From NCBI GenBank assembly GCA_963745025.1, contig CAVUWD010000011.1:128001-192000 (forward strand): a stretch of DNA of 64,000 nucleotides, read 5' to 3'. The DNA is from an uncultured delta proteobacterium. GTDB taxonomy: Bacteria > Desulfobacterota > Binatia > JACPRU01. The notes beneath the pieces were generated by a model. It searched no databases, had not been told where the DNA came from, and saw only the letters and a program-made list of their open reading frames with translations. A program made the translations under genes and the position numbers. This document shows, in pieces, positions 39,020-48,561 of this stretch. Numbering within the stretch: position 1 is the first letter of the stretch; each line of letters starts with the position of its first letter.

Positions 39020-40224
39020 CGGTCGAACCTCAAGGCCACGACCGGATCGAGCGCGGCGGCGTACGCCGCAGGGTAGAGCGTCGACACGATGGCGAGCGCG
39101 ATGGCGAGCGCGAACGTCAGAGCCGCTTCGAGTGGCGACGGCATCCAAGGCCAATCGCTCATCCAAGAAGCGATGCCGGAGCCCGCGATTCCCGCGGCGA
39201 TGCCGACGGTCGCTCCCCCCGCTGCGAGCACGACACCCTCCAGAACGAACTGCGCGAGCACCTCGGACTGTCGCGCGCCGACGGCGCGCCGGATGGCGAT
39301 CTCGCGTGTGCGACTACGGACGTTCTGCCAGGACGCGGTCGTCATGCCGACGCCACCGAGCGCGAACGCAGCGAGCGACACCAGAAAGAGAAGCCGATTG
39401 AGCAAGCCGCGAGTGGCACGATGCTCGGAAAGCAGGCGCGCGGCGGTCGTGACCTCGAAGCGCTGCGTTCCCTCATGACGCTTCTCGAGGACGCGCTCGA
39501 CGATCGGCGCAGCCGCTTCCGGATCCACGCGCGAATCGATCGCCAGCCACGCCTCGGCCAGCCCCTGACGCCGAAACGCGTCGGCCGCGAACGTGTTGGT
39601 GATCGGCAGATAGACCTCCCTCCCAGGATTCGTTCCTTCGCCAGCCCATGGGGTGGCGCCGCCGGATTCCGCAGCGAGCACGCCGATCACCCGGTACCAG
39701 TTTCCACCGACCTTGACGAGCGAGCCGTACACCTCGCCCGAAGCGACGAATCGCCGCGCCGCTTCGGCGCCGAGGACGCACACGGCATCCCCTCGCGCGA
39801 CCTCGTCGGCGGCGAACGCTCGTCCGCGCTGAAAGCGCAGCCGGCGAAGCGTGAAGAACTCGGGGGTCGTTCCGATCGCGCGCACGCTCACACGCTCGGT
39901 CGGCAGCAGGATGCTCGACTCGACCGCGCGCACCGGCGCCACCGCGCGAACGAAGCGGAGCGACCGACTCAAGGATTCCGCATCGCCGAACGTGAGCGCG
40001 GGTGGCGCACCCGGCGTCGCTTCGCCGACGGGGCGCACGGCGACCAGCTCGATGCCCAGAGCCGCCAAACGGCGCAGAATCTCCGCCCGCGCACCACCGG
40101 TGATCGCGAAGAGGGCCACGGCGGCCGCGGCACCGGCGGCGAAGCCGGCTGCCGTGATCCCCGAGCGGACGCGATGCAGCCGCACCCCGCGCGCAGCGTC
40201 GTGAATGAGATCGCCGACCTTCAT
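39016..40224 (-). CDS. MacB/FtsX-like ABC transporter permease
   Basis: GRAFAADE, RTREIAIRRAVGARQSEVLAQFVLE, YPAAYAAALDPVVALR. Confidence 0.88.
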   Translation of the reverse strand: MKVGDLIHDAARGVRLHRVRSGITAAGFAAGAAAAVALFAITGGARAEILRRLAALGIELVAVRPVGEATPGAPPALTFGDAESLSRSLRFVRAVAPVRAVESSILLPTERVSVRAIGTTPEFFTLRRLRFQRGRAFAADEVARGDAVCVLGAEAARRFVASGEVYGSLVKVGGNWYRVIGVLAAESGGATPWAGEGTNPGREVYLPITNTFAADAFRRQGLAEAWLAIDSRVDPEAAAPIVERVLEKRHEGTQRFEVTTAARLLSEHRATRGLLNRLLFLVSLAAFALGGVGMTTASWQNVRSRTREIAIRRAVGARQSEVLAQFVLEGVVLAAGGATVGIAAGIAGSGIASWMSDWPWMPSPLEAALTFALAIALAIVSTLYPAAYAAALDPVVALRFDR

Positions 40225-40922
40225 ACGCCCGCGGGGTCGGCGGCGGTCACCTCCGCAGGACGAAGTCGTCCCGCCGCCATCTCGTAACGACGATCGGCTC
40301 GCACCGCGACTCGCGCGTTGTGGGTCACGACGACGATGGTCGTCCCCGCCCGATGGGCGTCGCGGAAGACGTCGAGCACGCCGCCTGTCGCCGCCTCGTC
40401 GAGATTTCCGGTCGGCTCGTCGGCCAGCAGGACGTCGGGATCGGCGACGAGCGCGCGCGCGATCGCGGTGCGCTGCTGCTCACCTCCAGAGAGCTCGTCG
40501 GGAAGATGGGTCAGGCGGTGCGCGAGGCCGACGCGCTCGAGGGCCGCACGCGACCGCGCGAGCCGCAGCGGCCGGTCCAGACCGCGGTAAACGAGCGGCA
40601 ACTCGACATTCTCGGTGACGGTCAAGTGCGGCACGAGCTGAAAGGCCTGGAAGACGAGGCCGATCCTCTGATTTCGCAGCCGCGCGCGCTGGGTATCGCC
40701 GAGCGCCGAGACGTCGACGCCGTCGAGCTCGTAGCGTCCCGCGGTCGGCGTGTCGAGGAGGCTCAGAACGTGCAGCAGAGTCGACTTTCCCGACCCCGAA
40801 GCGCCCGTCACGCTGACGAATTCCCCGCGGTCGATGCGCAGCGAGACCGTGTCGAGAGCGGCCACGTCGCCGTCGTTGCGAAGGTAGGTGCGCGAGACTC
40901 CTTGCAGGGAGAGAAGCGGCAT
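40221..40922 (-). CDS. ABC transporter ATP-binding protein (MacB/LolD type)
   Basis: GASGSGKST, LSGGEQQR, LLADEPTGNLD, VVTH. Confidence 0.92.
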   Translation of the reverse strand: MPLLSLQGVSRTYLRNDGDVAALDTVSLRIDRGEFVSVTGASGSGKSTLLHVLSLLDTPTAGRYELDGVDVSALGDTQRARLRNQRIGLVFQAFQLVPHLTVTENVELPLVYRGLDRPLRLARSRAALERVGLAHRLTHLPDELSGGEQQRTAIARALVADPDVLLADEPTGNLDEAATGGVLDVFRDAHRAGTTIVVVTHNARVAVRADRRYEMAAGRLRPAEVTAADPAGV

Positions 40923-40945
40923 GCGGGAGGGGCAATCGGCGGCGA

Positions 40946-42415
40946 TCAAGCGCTCGGCACGGGGGCCTCGCGGCGGCGGACCGCGCCCTGCGGGACCGCG
41001 AGCAAGAGCTCTTCTCCGGCGGCGACTCCGCTCCTCACCTCGACCTGGGTTTCGTTGGCGAGCCCGAGCGTCACCGCCTGCTCCCAGACCTCTCCCGCGC
41101 GTCGAACGTAGCAGCAGCTCCGCCCCGCGCAGGAGAACATCGCGTCGGCTGGAGCGACCACCACGCCGTGCGCCGAATCGAGCAGGAACGACACGCGCAC
41201 CGACATGCCCGGACGAAGTCGTTGATCGGTACGATCGACGAGTAGCCGCACCGAGAAGAACTTCCATGGCGAATCCGCGCTCGCCTCCGCGAGGCTGCCG
41301 ACGAAATCGATGCGACCATTCATCACCAGGTCGGGATACGCCTCGAGATCGAGCCGCGCCATCAGCCCCTCGCGGATGCGGTGCAGATCGATCTCGCGAA
41401 TGCGCGTGAGCGCCACCATCTGCGAAAGATCGGGGATCGTCGCGATCGGTTGGCCGCTCCACACCGAGTCCCCCACCTGCGGCTTTCGCCGTCCGTTGTC
41501 GAGCGGGATGTCCTGGAGCACGAGAAAGCCTTCGATGGGGGAGCGGAGCGTCGTCTTCTCGAGCTCGGCTTCCGCTCGCGCGAGAGCCTCTCTCGCGCTC
41601 ACGACCTTGCGGTCGGCGGCTTCGACCGCCGCGCGGTAGAACTCGTGGGAGTGGTAGAGCACCGCCTCGGCGCGGGTCTCCTCGTCCTTCGCCTCGGCGA
41701 GCTCGCTCTTCGCTCGCTCGAGGTCGCGCGGAAAGATCACCTCGCGCGCCGCCTTCAACCGATCGCTCTGCAGATGGCTCTGTCGCTCGATGTCGGTGAC
41801 CCTCGAGCGCTGGCGCGCGAGCTCCGCCTCGCTGACGAAGCCCTTTTGAAACATCTGCTCCAAGTCGGCGAGATCGCGGCGCGCGCGCTCGAGCTCGCTG
41901 CCGCTGTCGGCCGCGCGCACTTCCGCTTCGCGCACGTTGAGCGCGCCGTTCCCCTTCTCGTACGATTCGAGATTCAGGGCCGCGATCTTCTGGGCATGGC
42001 GTGCCGACTCCAGCGCCTCGTCGGCCTTGGCGATCTGTAGCTTCCGCTCCTGCTCGGCCCGGCTCGCCGTGGCTTCGGCGTCGTGCAGCTCGGACGCCGC
42101 CTTGTCACGCTCCTCCTCGAACGGCGTGGAATCGAACGAGACCACCACGTCGCCGGGCTTCACCCAGGTGCCGTCGGCGAGCAGAGAGACGATCTTCGCG
42201 CGATTGCTGCGGATCTCGGAAGAGATCGTCACGGAGCGGGCGGCGGAGAGCGTTCCGGGCTCGACGAGCGTCACTTCGAGATTCCCGCGCTCGGCAACCG
42301 CCACCGGGACCGCCGCTTCTCGGCCGCCGTCGCGCCCGCGCGAAACGAGACCGATGGCGAGCGCCAGCGAGCCCGCCGCGAAGAGCGTGATCGATCGCCT
42401 AGTTCCCGGCTCCAT
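40946..42415 (-). CDS. Periplasmic adaptor (MacA/HlyD-like membrane fusion protein)
   Basis: N-terminal anchor, DGTWVKPGD, long coiled coil, LRSPIEG, LRPGMSV. Confidence 0.88.
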   Translation of the reverse strand: MEPGTRRSITLFAAGSLALAIGLVSRGRDGGREAAVPVAVAERGNLEVTLVEPGTLSAARSVTISSEIRSNRAKIVSLLADGTWVKPGDVVVSFDSTPFEEERDKAASELHDAEATASRAEQERKLQIAKADEALESARHAQKIAALNLESYEKGNGALNVREAEVRAADSGSELERARRDLADLEQMFQKGFVSEAELARQRSRVTDIERQSHLQSDRLKAAREVIFPRDLERAKSELAEAKDEETRAEAVLYHSHEFYRAAVEAADRKVVSAREALARAEAELEKTTLRSPIEGFLVLQDIPLDNGRRKPQVGDSVWSGQPIATIPDLSQMVALTRIREIDLHRIREGLMARLDLEAYPDLVMNGRIDFVGSLAEASADSPWKFFSVRLLVDRTDQRLRPGMSVRVSFLLDSAHGVVVAPADAMFSCAGRSCCYVRRAGEVWEQAVTLGLANETQVEVRSGVAAGEELLLAVPQGAVRRREAPVPSA

Positions 42416-43889
42416 CGTGGCTTCCGTCCGCGATCGCGAACGCTTCGCCGAGGGTTTCTGCCACGCGACGCAGCTGCGCGGCGCTGAGCACCTCGTCGAT
42501 GGCCGCGAGCACCTGTCCGCTGCGCGCCTCGGCGAGCTCGGTCTCCGCCTGGACGAGATCGAAGTTGTCGGTCACGCCCTTCTCGTAGCGAAAGCGTGCG
42601 AGCTCGGTCTGCTTTTCGGTCTGTTCGACGATTTCCGCGGCGAGCGTTCGCTCCGCGCGCGCACGTTCGAGCTGGCGCCACGCGTCGCGCACCTGGCGGA
42701 TCACTTGGTCGCGCATCGCACGATAGCGGCGCTCTCGGCCTCGCAGCGTGATCTCCGCCTGCGCAGCGGTCACTCGCTCCTCGGTGCGGTCGAGGGGCGT
42801 GGTCGAGCTCACGCCCACCAGCCATTCCGTCCTCCCCAGATGAGACGACTCCTCGAAGTTGTTGCCGGTTCCGATCTGGGCGTACGAGCCGATGAGATTG
42901 ACCGCCGGCCAGATCTTGTAATGCGCGAGCAGCGCCTTGCGCTCGGCATCGGCGACCTGCTCGCGAGCCTCGGCGAGCTCCGAACGCCGGCCGAGCGCGT
43001 CGTCGACCGTTTCTTCGACGCGCGTGCCCGGGGGCGGCTCCAGATCCACGGGCTTCGCCGAGGACCCCCGGGAGGCTTCGCGCGTCGGATCGGCACCGCC
43101 CGTCGTCACGCCGAGTACGCGCGTGTCGATCTCGAGCGGCACGTCGGGCGGAAGCCCGATGAGGCCACGCAGCTGGTCGAGCGCCGCCTCACGGCGCGCC
43201 TGCTGCTCGACGAGCGCGTTCTTGAGGCGCGTGGTGTGCAGCTCGGTGCGGAATACGTCCATCTTCGAGACCGCGCCGATGCCGAGCTTGGCGCGGGCGA
43301 TCTGATCGAGCTGCGAGACGCGGTCGAGCGAGAGCGTCGCCACGCGCACCAGTTCCTCGGCGCGCACGACGTCGTAGAAGCCGTGCGTCACCTGCAGCAT
43401 CAAGTCCTCGCGGGCGCCCTCGAGCGCGTGCTTGGCGGCGGCGATCCGGCGATCGGCATCGTCGATGCGGTCGCTGTTCTCGAGCCGCGAACGGCCCTGC
43501 CAGAGCGGTTGCGACAGGGTGAAGCGCGCCTCCGTGAGGTACGGAACGCTCGTCTGCGGCACCGAGGAGTACACGCTCGTGCCGCCCTTCACGCCGATCT
43601 CGGTTCCCGTCAACAGAAGCTTTCGGCTGAGCTCGGCCTGGTATTGCTGGTTCGTGTTGTTGCCGCCCTGGAGGCCGCCGCTCACCGAGGGGACGAGCTT
43701 GAAGTGGTAATCCGCCAGCGGAACGTCTCGGCCGAGCACGGCGGAGACGGCGGAATCGGCGGAGTCCTGGATGTCGGGGTTGTGGGCCAGCGCGAGCCGC
43801 ACGCAAGCGGTGAGGTCGAGAGGCTCGGCGCGCGCGGTTGCCGCGATGACGAGCGAAAGCGCGACCGCGAAGCGCCCGAGGCGGTTCAT
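42399..43889 (-). CDS. TolC family outer-membrane efflux protein
   Basis: Signal peptide, ALAHNPDI, TLSQPLW, ARFRYEKG...DLVQAETEL. Confidence 0.88.
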   Translation of the reverse strand: MNRLGRFAVALSLVIAATARAEPLDLTACVRLALAHNPDIQDSADSAVSAVLGRDVPLADYHFKLVPSVSGGLQGGNNTNQQYQAELSRKLLLTGTEIGVKGGTSVYSSVPQTSVPYLTEARFTLSQPLWQGRSRLENSDRIDDADRRIAAAKHALEGAREDLMLQVTHGFYDVVRAEELVRVATLSLDRVSQLDQIARAKLGIGAVSKMDVFRTELHTTRLKNALVEQQARREAALDQLRGLIGLPPDVPLEIDTRVLGVTTGGADPTREASRGSSAKPVDLEPPPGTRVEETVDDALGRRSELAEAREQVADAERKALLAHYKIWPAVNLIGSYAQIGTGNNFEESSHLGRTEWLVGVSSTTPLDRTEERVTAAQAEITLRGRERRYRAMRDQVIRQVRDAWRQLERARAERTLAAEIVEQTEKQTELARFRYEKGVTDNFDLVQAETELAEARSGQVLAAIDEVLSAAQLRRVAETLGEAFAIADGSHDGAGN

Positions 43890-43956
43890 GGCGCCATGGA
43901 AGATCGGGGCACAGCAGGAGTCTCCTTCGCACATCCTAGAGCCTCTCCGCGCTGGC

Positions 43957-45870
43957 TCATGTAGAGAGGCATACGCCACGTGAGGGGCTGCAGTTGCCGG
44001 AACAGCACTCAGCGCTGCTCTTACATGCGCCGTTATCGTTGATACAGCAGCTCCCGGTGAAACCGCAGGTCACGGGCGAAGCCCTGCCGAGACCACAGCA
44101 TTCTCCGCCCTCGTTCGCGATGTTGCACGCACCGCCGAGCGGCGTGCAACAGATCGGCCCTTGACCGAAGGCGTTGAGATCGCAGTTTGCCGAGCAGCAC
44201 TGAGAGGACCGCGCACAACTGGTCTCGAGGGGTCGGCAGGGAACCGGCGTCGGCGCAGGGGTGGCCGTGGGCGCGGGCGGCGGAGCCTGCGCGACGACGC
44301 GGATCGTCGCGTTGGCGGAAACGGATGCGGGCGGATTCCCGCTGTCGGTGCAGGTGAAGCTCACCGCGAAGCTCTGACCCACCTCGCTCTGGTTCGTCGT
44401 CTGCCGATACCGCCCCGTCGACGGATTCCCACTCGTCTGACTGAAGCTTCCCCCAGGCGGTAGGTTCCCATTGGTGATCGTCGTCGAGGTCCCGTCCGGG
44501 TCCCGACACGTCATGTCGATCGTCGCCGTCTGCCCCGCGCCCACCGTCCGGTCGCCCACTCCGCTCAGTGCCGGAGGATTGTTCCCTCCCGCCGTGTTGT
44601 CGTTCCCCCCGCCTCCGTTTCCACCGCCACTCGTCAACGCCGCCACCCCTCCAGCGATCCCTCCCACCACCAATAGCCCCGCAATCGCCGGCCCAACGTA
44701 CGACGTCGTCCCAGCTCCGAGCCCCGCCATCGCAAACGCCGTCGGCTCCATCGCCGTCGCCACCCCGTCCATCGTCAGCCACGTCAGCGGCACGAACGCA
44801 CACTTCTTCTTCGCCAGCTCGAAGTTCGGATCCGCCTTCTCCACCTCCTTGCATGCCTTCAGCGCCGCCTCGCTGTCATGATGATCCAGCCCGTCCAGCG
44901 CCTGCCCAAACGCCAGCACCGCCTCCAGACTCTTGGTATGCGGGTTCTCTAGCTTCTGTTTCGTCTCGGGCTCGAGCCCGCTCACGGGCTGGTTCAACCC
45001 CGCCGACAGCGTCGCCGCCACCGCCGGCACCAGCTTGTAAAACTCGCTCGCCAGCGCCTCGCTCTTCCCCTCCGTGATGATCTGCCCCTGATCCACCTCT
45101 ACCAACACCGCGTCCAGGTTCAGGTGCGTCGGGCTCGCCGTCCAGTCCGCATGGCTCCCCGCCGTGACTCGCCCTGCCCGCAATAGCTTCCCTGCTCGCA
45201 CCGCCGTGCCTTTCTCCACCAGCCCGCTCCCCGACAGCTTCGCCTCCTCCTCCAGCGCTTGCACCTGCTCCCGCTCCAACACCTTGATCCCAGGCAAAGC
45301 GCTCAGATTGTCGATCAGCATCGCCGCCATCGCTTTGCCGAGCGCTCCGTACTCCGCCGTTCCCGCGTTGCGAAACGTCGCCACCGCCACCGCGCGCGGA
45401 TCGGTGCGCTCGGAGCTGAGCCGCCTCTCCTGCGCCACCGCCTCCTTCGCCGCTCGCTCGCTCACCTCCCGCAGCAGGATCGTCCGCATCCGACCCACGT
45501 CCTGCGCCAGGCGCGGGTCGCTCGTCACTTCCTCCAACCGCCCCCACGCCGCCGCCGCCCGCTTCGGATCGTCCAGGCGCAGCTCCGCCAGCCCTGTGAA
45601 CAGCAGCGCCTCGCTACTGCGCGGATCGCTCTGCACCGCCGTCTGCAGCCGGTCCCGCGACAGCGCATACTCCCCTCGCTTGTACAGCTCCTCCCCTGCC
45701 TTCAGAGACCGCTCTTGCTCCTGCCGCTTCATTCCCTCCACCACCTGCTTCTCCCCCTCTGGATTCGAGGGCGCCGGAGCCAGCGCCGCCTCGTCACACA
45801 GTGCGGGGCGCCCTGCACACGCCATGGCAAGCATCCAAGCCGCGATCATCCACAGGCTACATTGGCGCAT
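43957..45870 (-). CDS. Exported multidomain protein: TPR, CsgG/TolB_N-like, Gly-rich hydrophobic segment, Ig-like, three cystine-knot-like repeats
   Basis: AAGGAG before ATG 45870; VAVATFRN...IKVLERE...GKLL motif; C-terminal C-C-CC-C-C repeats. Confidence 0.78.
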   Translation of the reverse strand: MRQCSLWMIAAWMLAMACAGRPALCDEAALAPAPSNPEGEKQVVEGMKRQEQERSLKAGEELYKRGEYALSRDRLQTAVQSDPRSSEALLFTGLAELRLDDPKRAAAAWGRLEEVTSDPRLAQDVGRMRTILLREVSERAAKEAVAQERRLSSERTDPRAVAVATFRNAGTAEYGALGKAMAAMLIDNLSALPGIKVLEREQVQALEEEAKLSGSGLVEKGTAVRAGKLLRAGRVTAGSHADWTASPTHLNLDAVLVEVDQGQIITEGKSEALASEFYKLVPAVAATLSAGLNQPVSGLEPETKQKLENPHTKSLEAVLAFGQALDGLDHHDSEAALKACKEVEKADPNFELAKKKCAFVPLTWLTMDGVATAMEPTAFAMAGLGAGTTSYVGPAIAGLLVVGGIAGGVAALTSGGGNGGGGNDNTAGGNNPPALSGVGDRTVGAGQTATIDMTCRDPDGTSTTITNGNLPPGGSFSQTSGNPSTGRYRQTTNQSEVGQSFAVSFTCTDSGNPPASVSANATIRVVAQAPPPAPTATPAPTPVPCRPLETSCARSSQCCSANCDLNAFGQGPICCTPLGGACNIANEGGECCGLGRASPVTCGFTGSCCINDNGACKSSAECCSGNCSPSRGVCLST

Positions 45871-45925
45871 GAGATCTCCTTCAGTCAGTTGCGCGCTGCT
45901 TAGGCGTTTCATGACTCAGTTGTCA

Positions 45926-45967
45926 AATAAGTCTTCGACAATAAGTCTTCGACAATAGGTCTTCGAC
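45926..45967. repeat. Three tandem 14-bp direct repeats in divergent promoter region
   Basis: AATAAGTCTTCGAC twice, then AATAGGTCTTCGAC. Confidence 0.9.
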
Positions 45968-46138
45968 GAGGCGCCTGGCACGGGACCTGATATGTGACGT
46001 CATAGTGGCTGCGAAGCGATGGAGAACCGCCACGATCCAGAGCCTCCGCATCCCCGTACAGATACAAGCGCGTGCCAACCGGATACACCCGCTTGCCTTG
46101 CGTCCGGGTCGTCTCGCGTGGAAGCTATAGCAGAGGCC

Positions 46139-47341
46139 GTGAAGAAACGGGGGCACGCGTGGGCCATGTCGGCCTGGCTGTTATTTGGCGCGTCGGCTCT
46201 CGCGGCGGAGAAGATCCCGATCGATCGGCTGATGGCCTCGACCGTGTGCGTGGTGGGTGAGGTGCCGGGAGGCTCCTTCGAAAGCTCCGGCTTCGTCGTC
46301 GGCGCGGGCGATACCGTGATGACGACCGCGCATGCGATCGGCACCGCCAGCAATCTGCGGGTGAAGCTGCGCGACGGGCGAGTGTTCCGCGCCCAGCTCG
46401 AGCGTCTCGGCAACGAGAACGCCGACGTCGCGTTGCTGGGTCTCGGCGGACTGAAGCTCCCGCCGGTCCAATTCGGCACTCTGCAGGACGTGCATACGGG
46501 CGACACGGTGCTCACGATCGGCTGTCCGCTCGGCTTCGAGTTCTCCGTCACCAGCGGCGTGGTGAGCTCCATTCGCGCAAGCGATCTCGGCTACCCGCTC
46601 ATTCAGACGGACGTACCGGTGAATCCCGGCTCGAGCGGTGGTCCGCTCTTCGATTCGCGCGGCCGGGTCGTGGGCATCATCAAGAGCACAGCGGCCGGGC
46701 GCGACCGCATTCATTTCGCGCTGCCCGCCGATCTCGGATCGGCCTTGGTCGAGCAAGTCGCACACGAGCGCGAGGCCTACGAGGCGTTCAACCGGGCGGT
46801 TCTCGAATCACTCCCCGAAAACAAGCTGGCGCTCTACCGGCAGGCCGTCGACCTCGATCCGGGGCTCTTCGAGGCCCATTATAACTTGGCTCTGACTTTG
46901 GAGAAGCTCGGCCAGCTCGCCGAGGCCGAGGCGGAGTACCGCCAGACACTGCGCCTTCGGCCCGGTTACAGTCCCGCGGCGCTCAATCTCGGCGCGCTGC
47001 TCTACGAGGCGAAGCGGTATCGCGAGGCAACCGACATCTACCGCGCAGCGCTCGCGCACGATTCGCGCTCCGAAGCGCTGCAGAACAATCTCGCCGAGGC
47101 CTACCGCGCGGCGGGCGATCGCGACAGCGCGCGACGTGAGTTCGAAGCGCTGCTGCGCCAAAACCCGAACTACGCGCCCGCCCACTATGGCCTCGCGGTG
47201 CTCTACGACGACGATCACGGCGATCGACGTCGCGCCGCCGAGCACTACCGCCGCTACCTAGCCCTCGCTCCGGAGGCGGCGGACGCCGATCAGGTCCGAA
47301 AATGGCTTCGTCAGACGGAGCAGGCGGAGAAGAAGCAATGA
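46139..47341 (+). CDS. Trypsin-like (S1C) serine protease with C-terminal TPR repeats (start 46139 or 46166)
   Basis: Triad TTAHAI / DVALL / NPGSSGGP, IQTDVP; several TPRs; signal-peptide-like N-terminus. Confidence 0.9.
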   Translation: MKKRGHAWAMSAWLLFGASALAAEKIPIDRLMASTVCVVGEVPGGSFESSGFVVGAGDTVMTTAHAIGTASNLRVKLRDGRVFRAQLERLGNENADVALLGLGGLKLPPVQFGTLQDVHTGDTVLTIGCPLGFEFSVTSGVVSSIRASDLGYPLIQTDVPVNPGSSGGPLFDSRGRVVGIIKSTAAGRDRIHFALPADLGSALVEQVAHEREAYEAFNRAVLESLPENKLALYRQAVDLDPGLFEAHYNLALTLEKLGQLAEAEAEYRQTLRLRPGYSPAALNLGALLYEAKRYREATDIYRAALAHDSRSEALQNNLAEAYRAAGDRDSARREFEALLRQNPNYAPAHYGLAVLYDDDHGDRRRAAEHYRRYLALAPEAADADQVRKWLRQTEQAEKKQ

Positions 47342-48540
47342 GCGCGGCCGAGGTGACGAAAGTCGGCCGCTACGAGATTCTCTCCAAGGTGGGCCAGGGC
47401 GCGATGGGCGTCGTCTACCGAGCACAGGATCCGACCATCCGCCGGATCGTCGCACTGAAGGTCCTGCCCGCGGATCCGGCTGAGATCGGGGGCGCGTCCG
47501 GCACTCAGGGCCGCTCCAAAGCGGGATTCTTCGAACGCGAGGCGCAGGCGGCGGGTGCGCTCCTCCACCCGAACATCGTCACGCTCTACGACGCCGGGCG
47601 CGACGCCAACTGGTACTACCTGGCAATGGAGTTCGTGGAAGGAGGCACCTTCGCCGCCGAGATCTCGCGCGAGGGCAAGGTCAAAGCCGAGCGCGCGGCC
47701 GAGGTGGTCGCGGTCGTTGCCAACGCGCTCGACTTCGCCCACGAGCGTGGCGTCGTCCACCGCGACATCAAGCCGGCGAACCTGATGATCCTACCCGACC
47801 AGACCGTGAAAGTGGCCGACTTCGGAATCGCCCGACTGACGACGGCGGCGTCCACGATGACGGGCGACATGATGGTCGGCACTCCCCACTACATGTCGCC
47901 CGAGCAGGTGCGGGGAGGAAAGATCGATGGCCGCGCCGATCTGTTCTCGCTCGGCGTCGTTCTCTACGAGGCGCTCACGGGACGCAAACCCTTTCAAGCC
48001 GAGACGCTCGCCGCGGTGCTGAACGCGATCATCAATTCGAGCCCACCTCCGCCGCACGAAGTCGAGGCGAGCATTCCCCCAGAGCTTTCGGCGATCGTCG
48101 AACGCGCGATGGCCCGCAAGCCCGAAGAACGCTACGCGCGCGGCAAGGACATGGCGAACGAGCTGCGCCGCTTTCTCGGCGCGGTGCGGGGTGAGCCGAT
48201 CGCGGCACGCCCGACGCAAAGGAAGAAGTCGAGTTGGCTCGTCGCGGCCGCAGCGGCGATCGCGGCGCTCGTCGCGCTCGGCGGTGCATTGCTGGTTCGC
48301 GGCAAGGGCGGGAGCTCGCCCAGCCCGGGGGTCGGTTATTTGGAGTTCGTCTCGGAGCCCGTAGGCGCCGAGATCTTTCTCGACGGCAACGTCGTGGGTC
48401 GAACGCCGTACACGTCCGAAGTCATCGCCGGAAAGCACGAGATCGAGTTCCGCAAGGAGGGTTATTACCCGGCGACTCAGAGCACGACCGTAGAACCGAA
48501 CAAGCACATCACGATCGAGCTGCCGATGCTGGCCCGCTAA
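47338..48540 (+). CDS. Hanks-type Ser/Thr protein kinase with TM and PEGA domain
   Basis: VGQGAMGVVY, VALK, HRDIKPANL, DFG, GTPHYMSPE; SEPVGAEIFLDG...GRTP; ATGA-coupled. Confidence 0.93.
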   Translation: MSAAEVTKVGRYEILSKVGQGAMGVVYRAQDPTIRRIVALKVLPADPAEIGGASGTQGRSKAGFFEREAQAAGALLHPNIVTLYDAGRDANWYYLAMEFVEGGTFAAEISREGKVKAERAAEVVAVVANALDFAHERGVVHRDIKPANLMILPDQTVKVADFGIARLTTAASTMTGDMMVGTPHYMSPEQVRGGKIDGRADLFSLGVVLYEALTGRKPFQAETLAAVLNAIINSSPPPPHEVEASIPPELSAIVERAMARKPEERYARGKDMANELRRFLGAVRGEPIAARPTQRKKSSWLVAAAAAIAALVALGGALLVRGKGGSSPSPGVGYLEFVSEPVGAEIFLDGNVVGRTPYTSEVIAGKHEIEFRKEGYYPATQSTTVEPNKHITIELPMLAR

Positions 48541-48561
48541 GGCTCAAAAGGAGGATTGAGA

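Noticed and set aside
45926-45967. 14-bp repeats as mini-CRISPR or replication iterons
   Set aside because: No spacers, only three units, and no rep or cas gene nearby.
46059-46080. TTGGCACG on the minus strand as a sigma-54 promoter
   Set aside because: No GC at the -12 position with correct spacing.
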